Below, in pieces: positions 38,364 to 48,450 of a DNA stretch of 64,000 nucleotides. This DNA comes from an uncultured delta proteobacterium (GTDB lineage: Bacteria > Desulfobacterota > Desulfobacteria > Desulfobacterales > SG8-13), in NCBI GenBank assembly GCA_963848135.1, contig CAWKCK010000003.1, forward strand, positions 372,001-436,000, given 5' to 3'. The position numbers were made by a program, and so were the translations under genes. Position 1 is the first letter of the stretch; each line of letters starts with the position of its first letter. The notes beneath the pieces were generated by a model. The model saw only the letters and a program-made list of their open reading frames with translations. It had not been told where the DNA came from and made no database searches.

Positions 38364-39287
38364 TCAAGCCATAGGCCCAAGCCGTAATACGATGCTGGCC
38401 CAGCCCTTTTCCTCTTCAGACCAAACGTTGTGCAAACGGCATTCAGAATAGGCTTTGAGAAGACCCGTTTGCTCATCACTTTTGATGCCGGACAGGACCA
38501 GAGCGCCGTCGGGTTCAAGAAGTCCGGCCATTGTTTCCCGCATGCTCAAGAGAGTTGGGTATCGCAAATTGGCTATTATTAGGTTAAATGGCGCGGTAGG
38601 AACCAAGCGATGCGGAGGGTCGTCCGTAACAGAGAACCGCGTTTCGAGATTGTTAAGCTGTGCATTGCCTGTCGCCTCGGCCCTGGCGCAGGCATCCCGA
38701 TCGACCCCCACAGCCCGATTGATTCCCAGTTTTAGAGCGGCAATAGCCAGGATACCCGATCCGGTGCCGATGTCCAGAGCCACTGTCACTCTCCCGGATT
38801 TCCGCCACTTAATGTTATTCTGGAAAACCGCCTCGAGACCGCGTAGCGCCAGGCGAGTGGTGGGATGTCGGCCGCAGCCAAACGCCGCACCGGGCTGCAC
38901 CCGGAGCGCCACGCTATCATCATTCTCGACCGGTGAGGCCACCCATCCAGAAGGCATGAGAAAAATCCGATGACCCACCCGCATCGGTCGATGCAAAGAC
39001 ACCTCCAGAAAACTGCTGCCGTATTCATAGGTGTAGGACAGTTCACCCCTGGTCACCAGGTCACTGATGATCCGGCGAGCAACCGAATATGAAATTTTGA
39101 AGCGATCGGAAATGAATTTTTTCAGCGCACCAGCGCTGACTTTTTGGAGACTTTCGGCCACGTAATCCACCGCGGCCGCCTGAACGTCACCGAACCGTTT
39201 ATCGAGGATAGAAGAGGGAGCCCGCGATCTTTTCTCTCGGCAGGCATATCTGAGAGGTAAATTCGGGGAGTCAGATGGCTTTGTCAT
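38364..39287 (-). CDS. PrmA-like class I SAM methyltransferase with N-terminal winged-helix-like domain
   Basis: PGAAFGCGRHPTT, DIGTGSGIL, IIANL, LSGI; N-terminus unlike the PrmA at 26889. Confidence 0.85.
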   Translation of the reverse strand: MTKPSDSPNLPLRYACREKRSRAPSSILDKRFGDVQAAAVDYVAESLQKVSAGALKKFISDRFKISYSVARRIISDLVTRGELSYTYEYGSSFLEVSLHRPMRVGHRIFLMPSGWVASPVENDDSVALRVQPGAAFGCGRHPTTRLALRGLEAVFQNNIKWRKSGRVTVALDIGTGSGILAIAALKLGINRAVGVDRDACARAEATGNAQLNNLETRFSVTDDPPHRLVPTAPFNLIIANLRYPTLLSMRETMAGLLEPDGALVLSGIKSDEQTGLLKAYSECRLHNVWSEEEKGWASIVLRLGPMA

Positions 39288-39332
39288 GAGATGGGGGGCC
39301 GCACGGATCCGATAGTGAAATCGTAGCCAAAG

Positions 39333-40760
39333 TTACGAATCAGATTTCCGTCGATATACTTTTGCCGCATGAACGACGGCCGCGGCCCATCCTGGCGATC
39401 CGAGGGCATGAAGGTGGGTGTACGTGGCCAGGACATTCCTGTAGCTAACGCCATCTCGACCCTTCCATATTCCGTTACCGCGTTCCATTCTGAAAACAAG
39501 ATCCTCATCCTGACCCTCCCAGGCAAGGACACGGGAATAATGAAATTCGTGCCCACGGTGCTGACTGCCAACTTCAAAATAGGGATTTTCCCCTTCGACG
39601 CTAATGACCGTGTAGCCGTGCCCCTGGGGTCGCTTTGAAAAACCATAGCTGATGGGAAGCACTCCGGTCATCGGATAGGTTTTTTCTTTCAGGATCAACT
39701 CCCTGCCCAGGTACATGAGTCCGCCGCATTCCGCATAGATCGGCAAGCCATTTTCAGCGAGGCGCTTCAATTCCTTGCGAAAACGGGCATTTTGGGCCAG
39801 GGCTTCAGCATGGGTTTCCGGAAAACCACCGCCGATGTATATCCCGTCGACCACCGGGATCGTATCTGTTTTCAGTGGGCTAAAAAAAATGGTTTCGGCC
39901 CCAGCGGCTGCGAGTGCTTCTAGATTTTCGGGGTAGTAAAACTGAAACGCCGAATCCCGGATGACACCGATCTTCGGTCTAATGCGATTCACTTCCGACA
40001 ATGGCTTCGGATCCGCAGCCCGAATGTCGATCTGCGGGCTCACCGGTTGAATGGCGGGTGCCCTGCCGGCGATATCCATTAGTGCCACGAGATCGACACG
40101 TTGTTCGACGACCGTTGCGATGGCCTCCACAGACTCCTGGGCCCAACTGTGCTCCGGTGTGGGGACCAGCCCCATGTGTCGCTCCGGAAAATCCTGTTTC
40201 CTGAGTTTCGGCACCGCACCCAAAACGGGAATTCCGCAATGGACTTCAATACTCTGGCGCAGGATGTTTTCATGTCGCGACCCGGCCACGCGGTTTAGGA
40301 TCACGCCTTTTATGGTAACATCAGGATCGAATTGATCACATCCCGCCACCACTGCGGCCATGGTACGGGTAGTCTTGGTCACGTCAAGGCAAAGCACAAC
40401 CGGGGCATGGAGTAATTTGGCGAGTTCAGCGGTACTGGTGGAGCCGTCGATATCGATCCCATCGTAAAGGCCACGATTGCCTTCGATGACAGAAATGGCA
40501 TGGGGGGAGGATCGGGTCAGAAAGGACGATAGAACTCGGCGTGGCGGAACCATATACGTGTCGAGATTATAACAAGGCTGACCCGCCGCCATGGCAAGCC
40601 AGCCCGCGTCGATGTAATCCGGACCCTTTTTAAACGGTAAAACCGCGTTTCCACGCCGCCGAAGTGCAGCAATGATTCCGATGGAAAGGATGGTCTTTCC
40701 CGATCCGCCGCGCAAGGCCGACATTACTATTCTGGGGAACACGAAACCATCCTGCGGCAT
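39333..40760 (-). CDS. dsrN: cobyrinate a,c-diamide synthase homolog (siroheme amidase DsrN)
   Basis: GGSGKT, KKGPDYID, EGNRGLYDG, PERHMGL, GGFPE, AECGG; follows dsrD. Confidence 0.92.
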   Translation of the reverse strand: MPQDGFVFPRIVMSALRGGSGKTILSIGIIAALRRRGNAVLPFKKGPDYIDAGWLAMAAGQPCYNLDTYMVPPRRVLSSFLTRSSPHAISVIEGNRGLYDGIDIDGSTSTAELAKLLHAPVVLCLDVTKTTRTMAAVVAGCDQFDPDVTIKGVILNRVAGSRHENILRQSIEVHCGIPVLGAVPKLRKQDFPERHMGLVPTPEHSWAQESVEAIATVVEQRVDLVALMDIAGRAPAIQPVSPQIDIRAADPKPLSEVNRIRPKIGVIRDSAFQFYYPENLEALAAAGAETIFFSPLKTDTIPVVDGIYIGGGFPETHAEALAQNARFRKELKRLAENGLPIYAECGGLMYLGRELILKEKTYPMTGVLPISYGFSKRPQGHGYTVISVEGENPYFEVGSQHRGHEFHYSRVLAWEGQDEDLVFRMERGNGIWKGRDGVSYRNVLATYTHLHALGSPGWAAAVVHAAKVYRRKSDS

Positions 40761-40829
40761 CGGTGTATTTCAATAAGCAGACTGCGATACGCTCTATGGT
40801 TGCGGGTTATAGATGGAAAACACTCTTTC

Positions 40830-41069
40830 TTAGTCTTCGTGTTCAGCCCCGGCCTGTTTGCCGGTTCCAGGAAGACCGTACATGGACGTGCTTCCGCTGG
40901 ACCAATATTCCAGCACCTGCTCCTGAACCAATTTATTGATTATTTTCTTAGCGTCTCTCGGCTTGGACCCGAGGATTTTGGCCAAATCGTTGAAGTAGAA
41001 TTTTGACTTGGTTTTCTGCTTCTTCATCAGCGCTTCGACAATTTTCTGTTTTGCCTCTTCGTATTCCAT
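40830..41069 (-). CDS. dsrD: dissimilatory sulfite reductase protein D
   Basis: KSKFYFND, LEYWSSGSTSMYGL; follows dsrB. Confidence 0.96.
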   Translation of the reverse strand: MEYEEAKQKIVEALMKKQKTKSKFYFNDLAKILGSKPRDAKKIINKLVQEQVLEYWSSGSTSMYGLPGTGKQAGAEHED

Positions 41070-41089
41070 ATCAACCCCTTTTCAGAGAA

Positions 41090-41118
41090 TTCAGGGGGCA
41101 TGGTGGGTGCCCCCTGAA
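41090..41118. other. stem-loop between dsrB and dsrD
   Basis: TTCAGGGGGCA-N7-TGCCCCCTGAA perfect 11-bp stem. Confidence 0.8.
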
Positions 41119-41134
41119 ATATTCGGCTACTAAT

Positions 41135-42280
41135 CTAGAACTTGAACTGAGTGGTCTGGCGCCAAGTGAAGTAAGCCGGATCGCGGAAATCATCAATCAG
41201 GTGATGGGTGAAATCGAGTTCGCACTTCTCGAAAAACCGCTCCCAACCAATGCGTTCAGCCCATTCGCCCAGACGTTCGTACTTCCGTGCATCACCGGCA
41301 TAGGTCTCGGTGATCTTCTTGATGACCGCGGTTGTCTCGGGCCAACGCGGCGCGTTGTTCGGCAGAAATGCCACGACAACCTTGGAGAACTTCGGTGCGC
41401 TAATGCGGTTGGATACCTTGCCACCCGCCATGATGACGATACCGTCGCCTTCCTTGTCGGCCAGCGGCAGGGCCGGGCACATGGTGTAGCAGTTGCCGCA
41501 GAACATACAGCGATCGTTGTTGACGGCGACGCTGTTGACCTTGGCACCACCCACTTCGGTCTTGGACGGCTTGATGGCCGCCGTGGGGCAGGACGCAATC
41601 GCCAGGGGAATTTCGCACATCTTGTCGAGATACTCGTGGTCGATCATCGGCGGTTTGCGGTGGTAGCCCAGAATGGCGATGTCGGAGCAGTGAACCGCAC
41701 CGCACATGTTCAGGCAGCAGGCCAGAGAAATACGCAATTTGGCCGGCATGCTGTGGGATTTGAAGTAGTCGAACATCTCGTCCATGACGGCCTTGACCGG
41801 ACCAGAGGCGTCTGTGGCCGGGGTGTGGCAGTGGAGCCATCCCTGGGTATGGACAATGTTCGTGATCGATGTTCCGGTGCCGCCCACCGGGAATTTGTAG
41901 CTGCCGGCCGCAAACTTGCGGCTTTCCAGGTCTTTGACCAGCGGATCGACCTTCGATTCGTTGTCGACCATGAACTCGATGTTGTTGCGGGTGGTCCAAC
42001 GGACGTAGCCATCGCAATGCTTCTCCGAGATCTCGCAAATTTCACGAATGAGAGCGGTGCTCATCAAGCGGGCACCGCCACAACGGACGGTAAATACCTT
42101 GTCTCCGGACTCGGCCACATGTACCAGAACACCGGGTTTCAGAACCTCGTGATACAGCCATTTGCCCTTGTTGTTGGCAATGACCGGGGGGTAAAATTCG
42201 TCGTATTTTCGGGGACCGATATCGCTGATGCGGTTTTCCATCGGTTTATCTTTATTATATCCAGATGATATGAATGCCAT
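41135..42280 (-). CDS. dsrB: dissimilatory sulfite reductase beta subunit
   Basis: [47 protein letters not shown]. Confidence 0.98.
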   Translation of the reverse strand: MAFISSGYNKDKPMENRISDIGPRKYDEFYPPVIANNKGKWLYHEVLKPGVLVHVAESGDKVFTVRCGGARLMSTALIREICEISEKHCDGYVRWTTRNNIEFMVDNESKVDPLVKDLESRKFAAGSYKFPVGGTGTSITNIVHTQGWLHCHTPATDASGPVKAVMDEMFDYFKSHSMPAKLRISLACCLNMCGAVHCSDIAILGYHRKPPMIDHEYLDKMCEIPLAIASCPTAAIKPSKTEVGGAKVNSVAVNNDRCMFCGNCYTMCPALPLADKEGDGIVIMAGGKVSNRISAPKFSKVVVAFLPNNAPRWPETTAVIKKITETYAGDARKYERLGEWAERIGWERFFEKCELDFTHHLIDDFRDPAYFTWRQTTQFKF

Positions 42281-42294
42281 GGTGATTGCCCCTC

Positions 42295-43608
42295 CTATCT
42301 GCTGTGTTTTTTCCTGAATGCGTCAACATCGCGCTCCCAACCGCCCTCGACCTCATCTTCTTTCCAGAAAATGTATGGGTTGGATCGCGGTTCGATCACA
42401 TGGCGGGCATCCGGCTTGATTCCGGTCGCCTCGAGCAACTTCTGGAAGCCCTGGCGTTTCATAAGTTCGCCCAGCCGCTCGCGGTTCTTGCCTTCCTCCA
42501 TCCACCAATCCCAAATGGCCTCGATCACTTCCTTGATCTCGTCATAGGGTTCTTCCGCCTTCACAAAGGGAACCAGCAGGGACCCCATCTGGGCACCGTC
42601 GAGAATCGGCGCTTTGGCGCCGACCAGCATCGAAAGGCCTCTGTCGTCACCGATTCTGAGGGCCCGCGGCATAACGTTGATGCAGTGCATGCAGCGGTTG
42701 CATTCTTTGTCGTCGATCATCAACTTGTTGTCTTCCATCCACATGCACCTCGTGGGGCACAGCGCATTGACCTCTTTGTTGATGTTGAAGGGACCCCAGT
42801 CGCGGCCGCTGTGGTCGTTGGCATTCGGGGCAATCTCACCGCCGATATAGGCCTGTACGGCTTCCTGGTCGATCTTGATGTCGTCCTTCCAGGTCCCGAT
42901 GAAGGAAATGTCCGCCCGGGCGATCGAGGCCACGCAGCAGTTGGGGCAGCCGTCAAACTTGAACTTGAATTTATAGGGGAAGGCCGGACGATGAAGCTCG
43001 TCCTGGTATTCCTGGGTCAGGGTGTAGCATAGTGCCTGGGTGTCATAGCAGGCATACTCACAACGGGCCTGGCCGATACAGTCGGCGGGGGTCCGCAGGT
43101 TGGAGCCGGATCCACCCAGGTCCTGGTTCATATTGTGGGTCAGTTCGTAGAAAATTTCTTCCAACTGCGGGGTGGTGGTCCCCAGAAAAATGATGTCCCC
43201 GGTGGAACCGTGCATATTGGTGACGCCGCTACCGCGAAAGTCCCAGATGTCGCATAACTGCTTCAGAAAGTCGGCCGTGTAAAACTTGCCGCCCGGTTGA
43301 GCGACCCGCATGGTATGGAAGTGCGCCACACTGGGAAATTTATCCGGCTGGTCGCAGTAACGCCCGATGACGCCGCCGCCGTAGCCGAAAACACCGACGA
43401 TACCACCGTGTTTCCAGTGCGTCTCCCCGTCCACAAAGGAGAGCTCCAGCAATCCTAAAAGGTCATCGACGACATCGACGGGAACCTGGAATTCGATGCC
43501 TTCGGCGTTTTTGGCCCGTTTTTCGGCCTGGAATTTCAGGTCCGAAACGAAGCTTGGCCACGGCCCAGACTCAAGCTGGTCCAGCAAAGGGGTTTTATGT
43601 TTCGCCAT
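42295..43608 (-). CDS. dsrA: dissimilatory sulfite reductase alpha subunit
   Basis: [22 protein letters not shown]...GCPNCC siroheme/FeS motif, CMHCIN. Confidence 0.98.
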   Translation of the reverse strand: MAKHKTPLLDQLESGPWPSFVSDLKFQAEKRAKNAEGIEFQVPVDVVDDLLGLLELSFVDGETHWKHGGIVGVFGYGGGVIGRYCDQPDKFPSVAHFHTMRVAQPGGKFYTADFLKQLCDIWDFRGSGVTNMHGSTGDIIFLGTTTPQLEEIFYELTHNMNQDLGGSGSNLRTPADCIGQARCEYACYDTQALCYTLTQEYQDELHRPAFPYKFKFKFDGCPNCCVASIARADISFIGTWKDDIKIDQEAVQAYIGGEIAPNANDHSGRDWGPFNINKEVNALCPTRCMWMEDNKLMIDDKECNRCMHCINVMPRALRIGDDRGLSMLVGAKAPILDGAQMGSLLVPFVKAEEPYDEIKEVIEAIWDWWMEEGKNRERLGELMKRQGFQKLLEATGIKPDARHVIEPRSNPYIFWKEDEVEGGWERDVDAFRKKHSR

Positions 43609-43759
43609 CTTTTTACCTCCATTGAATTAAAAGAAAATTAACCGTTAAACCTCTATTTCAACGCTGTGATGCCCCGGCGGGCGTTCGTTGTCACCTCCTC
43701 TCACAGATTTTATTCTATCGCGTGGGTATCATGTTTATGTATTTAAATTGCAAGGGGCA

Positions 43760-43789
43760 GATATAAAATGATTGACCGCCCTTGTCAAT
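43760..43789 (-). promoter_or_regulatory. putative dsrA promoter with palindrome over the -35 box
   Basis: TTGACA-17nt-TATATC; ATTGAC-N7-GTCAAT at 43771-43789. Confidence 0.55.
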
Positions 43790-43869
43790 AAAAAAGCTCG
43801 AGATTACAGGGGTCAACGGATGAAATGATTGAAACCCGCCGTGACTTTCACCCATTTGTGGTGGGTCGT

Positions 43870-45072
43870 TTACTGATACACTTTATATTGCGGTTGCCCT
43901 CTCTTCCGCGGCAAGAGATTGATCGCGCGGCACAAGGTTTCGCCATGATGCTTTAAATGTTTGCGAATCATTTTGCTCTCATGTGTCTGCCTGAAGGACC
44001 GCTCGAAGACGGCCTCAAGCAAAGCATTGGACTCTGCACCGGTCAGCGACTTCAGATAGGCAACGAAAATTTCCGGCAGCTCTTGAGGAATGCGATGGCT
44101 GTCAACCTGGAGCAAGAGGCCGTCGAAAAACCCATCCAGTGCGGCCGCAACGGCGGCATCACCCGCCCAGGCCATCGCACCTACGCCGTCAAGGCGGTCC
44201 AGCCGCATCTTTAGGGTAAGGTTGAGCAAGAAGATCAACAGGGCCTGGAAGATTGTTTCGGCATCGGTTCCTGTCCCATCGAAAAGGGGGGCGTATTTTC
44301 TGACAGTTATTAGTCGCACCTTGACATTCCGACCCTCGGTTTTAACGATAAAGTCGCCGGCAGAGTGGTGCCAGGAAAACACCTGCTCGAAGGTTTCCAA
44401 ATTGTAGTATGCGGTTAGGATCTGTGCGGCCTGATGGTAAACAAGGCAACGGTCCTGCTTGGATAGCCGGTGGACCCCGTTCAGAGAATCCCAGACGAGG
44501 AGTCGGTCGTTTCCTTCGGCCGGCTTTCCCGAAAGATGGAACTCGTGGTATCCATCCAGCCACTGCCCGATAAACATTTCCACCCGGTTAGAGCCATCCG
44601 GTAGAAGCTCCGATCCGCTTGAATACACCTGTGGCAGAAATTGATACGGGAAGCGGTGGTTGAGCGAACGGATGTTGACGAAATCCTGTGGAAGGTAAGA
44701 TCGCCCGATAGCTGCCACGGCCACATTGATGACAAAATATAATTGACGACCGTCAACATCAACGGTCAACCGGGCGGGATGGTAATACTGACCATGCTTT
44801 TCGAGACAGATATTTATGGCCCCCAGGTCCCGGGCGGTGACAGTTTGCCCGGTTTGATCGCGAATGGCGCAGGCCAGATTCGAAAAGCGATCCCGTTCGA
44901 TAAAGCTACGAATCGCAGTGAAATACGCACCATAGGTTGTCGTTGAATCTCGCCCGTTTGCATCCGGGTGTAGGATCTCATGGGGAGTGGTGGGGAGGGC
45001 CCGGTTCCAAACCGGATCGTTTTCCGCGATGGGGGCGTCGTTTGCAAATAGAAAGAATGTCGTTTGCGGCAT
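43870..45072 (-). CDS. hypothetical protein, predicted degenerate protein-kinase-like fold
   Basis: Order of elements matches a kinase fold (see findings); start 45072 (AGGGA) preferred over 45150. Confidence 0.7.
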   Translation of the reverse strand: MPQTTFFLFANDAPIAENDPVWNRALPTTPHEILHPDANGRDSTTTYGAYFTAIRSFIERDRFSNLACAIRDQTGQTVTARDLGAINICLEKHGQYYHPARLTVDVDGRQLYFVINVAVAAIGRSYLPQDFVNIRSLNHRFPYQFLPQVYSSGSELLPDGSNRVEMFIGQWLDGYHEFHLSGKPAEGNDRLLVWDSLNGVHRLSKQDRCLVYHQAAQILTAYYNLETFEQVFSWHHSAGDFIVKTEGRNVKVRLITVRKYAPLFDGTGTDAETIFQALLIFLLNLTLKMRLDRLDGVGAMAWAGDAAVAAALDGFFDGLLLQVDSHRIPQELPEIFVAYLKSLTGAESNALLEAVFERSFRQTHESKMIRKHLKHHGETLCRAINLLPRKRGQPQYKVYQ

Positions 45073-45230
45073 AAAAGCGTCCCTGGGCAACCCACCGGAG
45101 TTGGGCCACAGGTCGATAAACATTGGGCTTTTCGTACCTGTTACTTGCAAAAAGTGCGGCTACAGCAAAAATTCGAGGGTACAATTGAACGGACGAATAC
45201 GTGCCGGTTTACTCTACACCAAATCAACGC

Positions 45231-45854
45231 TTACGGGCGATTGCGTTCAATTTCGCTTAATATTTCCGGAGCAACGGCGTAGCCCAGTTCGACAGCCTTA
45301 TCGCCGTGTGTCACGGCTTTAGCATATTGTCCCTTTTCGAGGTAGGCAATAGCGAGATTGTTGTGGGCTGGGGCAAAACCCGGCTGAAGTTCGACGACTT
45401 TCAGGTTGGTTTCGATGCTGTCATCGATCCGGCCCTTCATCAGGTAGGCATTGGCCAAAGTGGTCAATCCCTGCACAAATCGGAAATTAAAATAAGTGGC
45501 CCTTTCCAGAGCCGTAATTGCCTCGTCGATATTTCCCCGTTGGAGTTCGACAAATCCGATATTACCATACCCCTCGGAGAACCCGGGCCGCACCTTGACC
45601 GCCTGCCTGTTGTAGTTCAGACACTTTTCTATGTCTCCGCGCTGTAAACTGATCCCGCCCAGTTGCACGTATGCTTCCGCCAGATTGAAACTGCATTCAA
45701 TCGCCTTGTGAAACTCTTTCTCGGCCTCGTCATACTTCTTCTGCCCCGCCAGGGCGACCCCGAGGTTGTAATGTGATACGCCACAATCGGGATTGGAAGC
45801 GATAGCGGTCCGCTGCTTGGCGATGTATTCCTGAACATTTTTTGCCTGTGCCAT
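45231..45854 (-). CDS. tetratricopeptide repeat protein
   Basis: Repeated TPR patterns (HYNLGVAL, AYVQLG, YGNIG, AHNNLA); AAGGAG RBS before 45854. Confidence 0.9.
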   Translation of the reverse strand: MAQAKNVQEYIAKQRTAIASNPDCGVSHYNLGVALAGQKKYDEAEKEFHKAIECSFNLAEAYVQLGGISLQRGDIEKCLNYNRQAVKVRPGFSEGYGNIGFVELQRGNIDEAITALERATYFNFRFVQGLTTLANAYLMKGRIDDSIETNLKVVELQPGFAPAHNNLAIAYLEKGQYAKAVTHGDKAVELGYAVAPEILSEIERNRP

Positions 45855-46109
45855 AGCGTGTTGATCTCCTTGTTCAAAAAAACGGATTAGATGAACCACC
45901 CAATTATCGGGGCACCCAGATCATCCGTCGCTAATTTTAGAAAATCTTTCTTGTAATATGCTTGGTGCGGAAAGTCAACATATGCCAGGCGTCGCCGAAA
46001 GCATTTTCTGTGCTAACTTATTTTAATCAGACGCATTTTGACTTGACAAGCACCCCCCTTTTCTCTACCGTATCGATTATCCTGACACCTTGCACAGAAA
46101 GGGGGGACC

Positions 46110-47144
46110 ATGCTGGAAGGATCCCACACAGCCATCATCACGCCGTTTGCCGGTGACACCGTCGATTACGACGGTCTCAACAAGCTGGTTGATTTTCAAA
46201 TACGCAATGGCATCAATGGGGTTCTGGCCGTCGGTACGACCGGAGAAAGTCCGGTGTTAACCTGGCAGGAACACAACCTCGTGGTCGAAGCCGTTGCCAA
46301 GCGCACCCGAGATAAATGCCTCTGTATTGCCGGTACCGGCAGTAACAACACGCGCGAGGCTCTGGTGGCGACCGAACATGCCGTTAAAACAGGGGTCAAT
46401 GCGGTCCTTCTGGTCGATCCCTATTACAATGGTCCCAGCTCCCTGGAAATTAGAAATGAATACGTTGCGCCGGTTGCGAGGGCTTTTCCAGAAGTCCAGG
46501 TCATCCCTTATGTCATCCCCGGACGAACGGGTGCCCAGCTTTTACCGGAAGATCTGGCTTTGCTCAGAAAGGCCTATCCGAATGTCGGCACAGTAAAAGA
46601 GGCCACCGGTAATCTCGATAACATGAAACGCACGCGGGCCTGCTGCGGACCGGACTTTACCATTCTTTCCGGCGACGACGGCATGACGGTCACCATGATG
46701 ACCGATTCACAGATCAAGGCGGCCGGAGTCGTTTCCGTCGCCAGTAATGTGGCCCCCGGAGCCGTCGTTCGCATGGTAAAGCTGCTGCAGCAAGGAGAGG
46801 AAAACGAAGCGCTAAAGTTGTCCGCTGCCCTGAAGCCTTTATTTGATTTGGTGACCGTAAAAACCATGGAGAAAACGCCTTTCGGTGATGTTGTCTGCCG
46901 GGCCCGTAACCCACTGGCCATCAAAGCACTGATGACCATTCTGGGGATGCCCTCGGGCGGGTGCCGCCAGCCTTTGGGAAAAATGACCCGCCAGGGGATC
47001 GAGACCGTCCTTGCAGCGGCGCGAACCATTCAGGCAAAGAATCCCGAGATCTTGGCACCCGTGGAAGATTTTTTTAAAGTCGATATATCAGAACGCCTGG
47101 AAAACCCGGCGATTTGGGAAAATCTATGCTACAGTGAATACTAG
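46110..47144 (+). CDS. dapA: 4-hydroxy-tetrahydrodipicolinate synthase (long form)
   Basis: TAIITPF, GTTGES, GTGSNNT, PYYN, Y.IPGRTG, KEATG, SGDD. Confidence 0.93.
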   Translation: MLEGSHTAIITPFAGDTVDYDGLNKLVDFQIRNGINGVLAVGTTGESPVLTWQEHNLVVEAVAKRTRDKCLCIAGTGSNNTREALVATEHAVKTGVNAVLLVDPYYNGPSSLEIRNEYVAPVARAFPEVQVIPYVIPGRTGAQLLPEDLALLRKAYPNVGTVKEATGNLDNMKRTRACCGPDFTILSGDDGMTVTMMTDSQIKAAGVVSVASNVAPGAVVRMVKLLQQGEENEALKLSAALKPLFDLVTVKTMEKTPFGDVVCRARNPLAIKALMTILGMPSGGCRQPLGKMTRQGIETVLAAARTIQAKNPEILAPVEDFFKVDISERLENPAIWENLCYSEY

Positions 47145-47165
47145 CCATCGCGTTTGCAACAGTAT

Positions 47166-47211
47166 AAACGGATTGTCCCATCGGCGATTGTCGGTGGGAC
47201 AATCCGTTTTT
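47166..47211. terminator. terminator after dapA (probably bidirectional)
   Basis: AAACGGATTGTCCCATCGG-loop-TCGGTGGGACAATCCGTTTTT. Confidence 0.85.
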
Positions 47212-47347
47212 ATGCGCTCTATCGAAGTCTGCGCTCTATGCCGATAAATACGGGAGGGAAGATTTTGAAATCTTCGAAACGGCAGCGGAAGGGGTGATCG
47301 GAAACGGCATAACCAGCTGATATACTATATAGCACAAGAAGAGATGG

Positions 47348-48151
47348 CTATGAATTTTTCATCTGGCGTTTTGCAACTTCCTCGTCATCGACTTGAAAAT
47401 CCCCCTGTTTGAACAGCAGCCACTTCATCCATTTCAACCCGAATCTCAACCGCGCGATCTCATCTTCCCTGATGGCATTCAGTGTCTGGGGATCGACTTT
47501 ATAGAGGGATAAGAAGGAACTATCAAAAATAAATGACCTGAACGTGTCGATATCATAGCTGACCATGAAGAACATCTTCTTGGTCTTCTCGGTCAGTTTT
47601 ACATTCGGCGGAAAGGACCGCTTCCTGACCACAAGGTCAGTCCATTCGGCGTTTATCTCGTCACGGACATCGATGCCCTGATCTTCTCTCCATTCACGGA
47701 CAGTCCAGACCTGTTCCTCTTCGAACCCAAGGCAGTGGGGTTCATTGACAAAAAAATAGAAACCAGAATTATCTGCACCTTCCTGATAACTCAGCGAAGC
47801 AACACCCAGCGGATAGTACCGGCAGGCTGAGGGACGATCTTCATAAATCATGCAGCCGTCATCTTTTACAAAGGGGCAAGATTGCTGCTCGTCGTCTAAA
47901 AGTTTGAGTGTCACCACAGGCAGATCCGTTTTGTCGAGAAGCTGAAGATCCGTGTATATCGCTAAAAATTGGTCCGATGGCAGCTGTAACCGATTTTTGA
48001 GACGAATGATGTCGTAGGGGGTCAGAACAATATTGATGCCGCGACAGCATTTAGTAAAACAGGCAACATCTTTATGACATTTAAATTTGAAACGATTGTC
48101 AAGGCTGAGACGAATCGGTTCTATATCTGTTTTGTCTTCCGTTTTTTCCAT
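47348..48151 (-). CDS. YkgJ family cysteine-cluster protein
   Basis: C-x5-CFTKCC, CPF...GC.IYEDRPSACRYYP, HCLG. Confidence 0.88.
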   Translation of the reverse strand: MEKTEDKTDIEPIRLSLDNRFKFKCHKDVACFTKCCRGINIVLTPYDIIRLKNRLQLPSDQFLAIYTDLQLLDKTDLPVVTLKLLDDEQQSCPFVKDDGCMIYEDRPSACRYYPLGVASLSYQEGADNSGFYFFVNEPHCLGFEEEQVWTVREWREDQGIDVRDEINAEWTDLVVRKRSFPPNVKLTEKTKKMFFMVSYDIDTFRSFIFDSSFLSLYKVDPQTLNAIREDEIARLRFGLKWMKWLLFKQGDFQVDDEEVAKRQMKNS

Positions 48152-48450
48152 GTTGGGCCTTTCTCTCGAAATTGAAGCGCGTTCATTAAAAGAAATTGTA
48201 TATGCCCGGGGACATTAACTGAGGCATAGCGCCATGTCAACCTTGAGCGATGCGCTGAGATGTAGTACTGTTTCGAATTGATGGCTCCGCGCCTGAAAAC
48301 CTTTGCTCTGTGGCTGATACCGGCAAAATAGGTCTTGATTTAACCTCTAAATCTACTATATCGCTAGATAATATCGATACAATCCATACGCGATGTATTC
48401 ATCACTCGAATCCCATGACGCACGCATGCGGTCAACAAGAAGGAGGAAAA

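Noticed and set aside
41003..43032. Long plus-strand ORFs (421 aa, 248 aa) opposite dsrB/dsrA
   Set aside because: Shadow frames expected from strong codon bias in highly expressed genes; no protein motifs.
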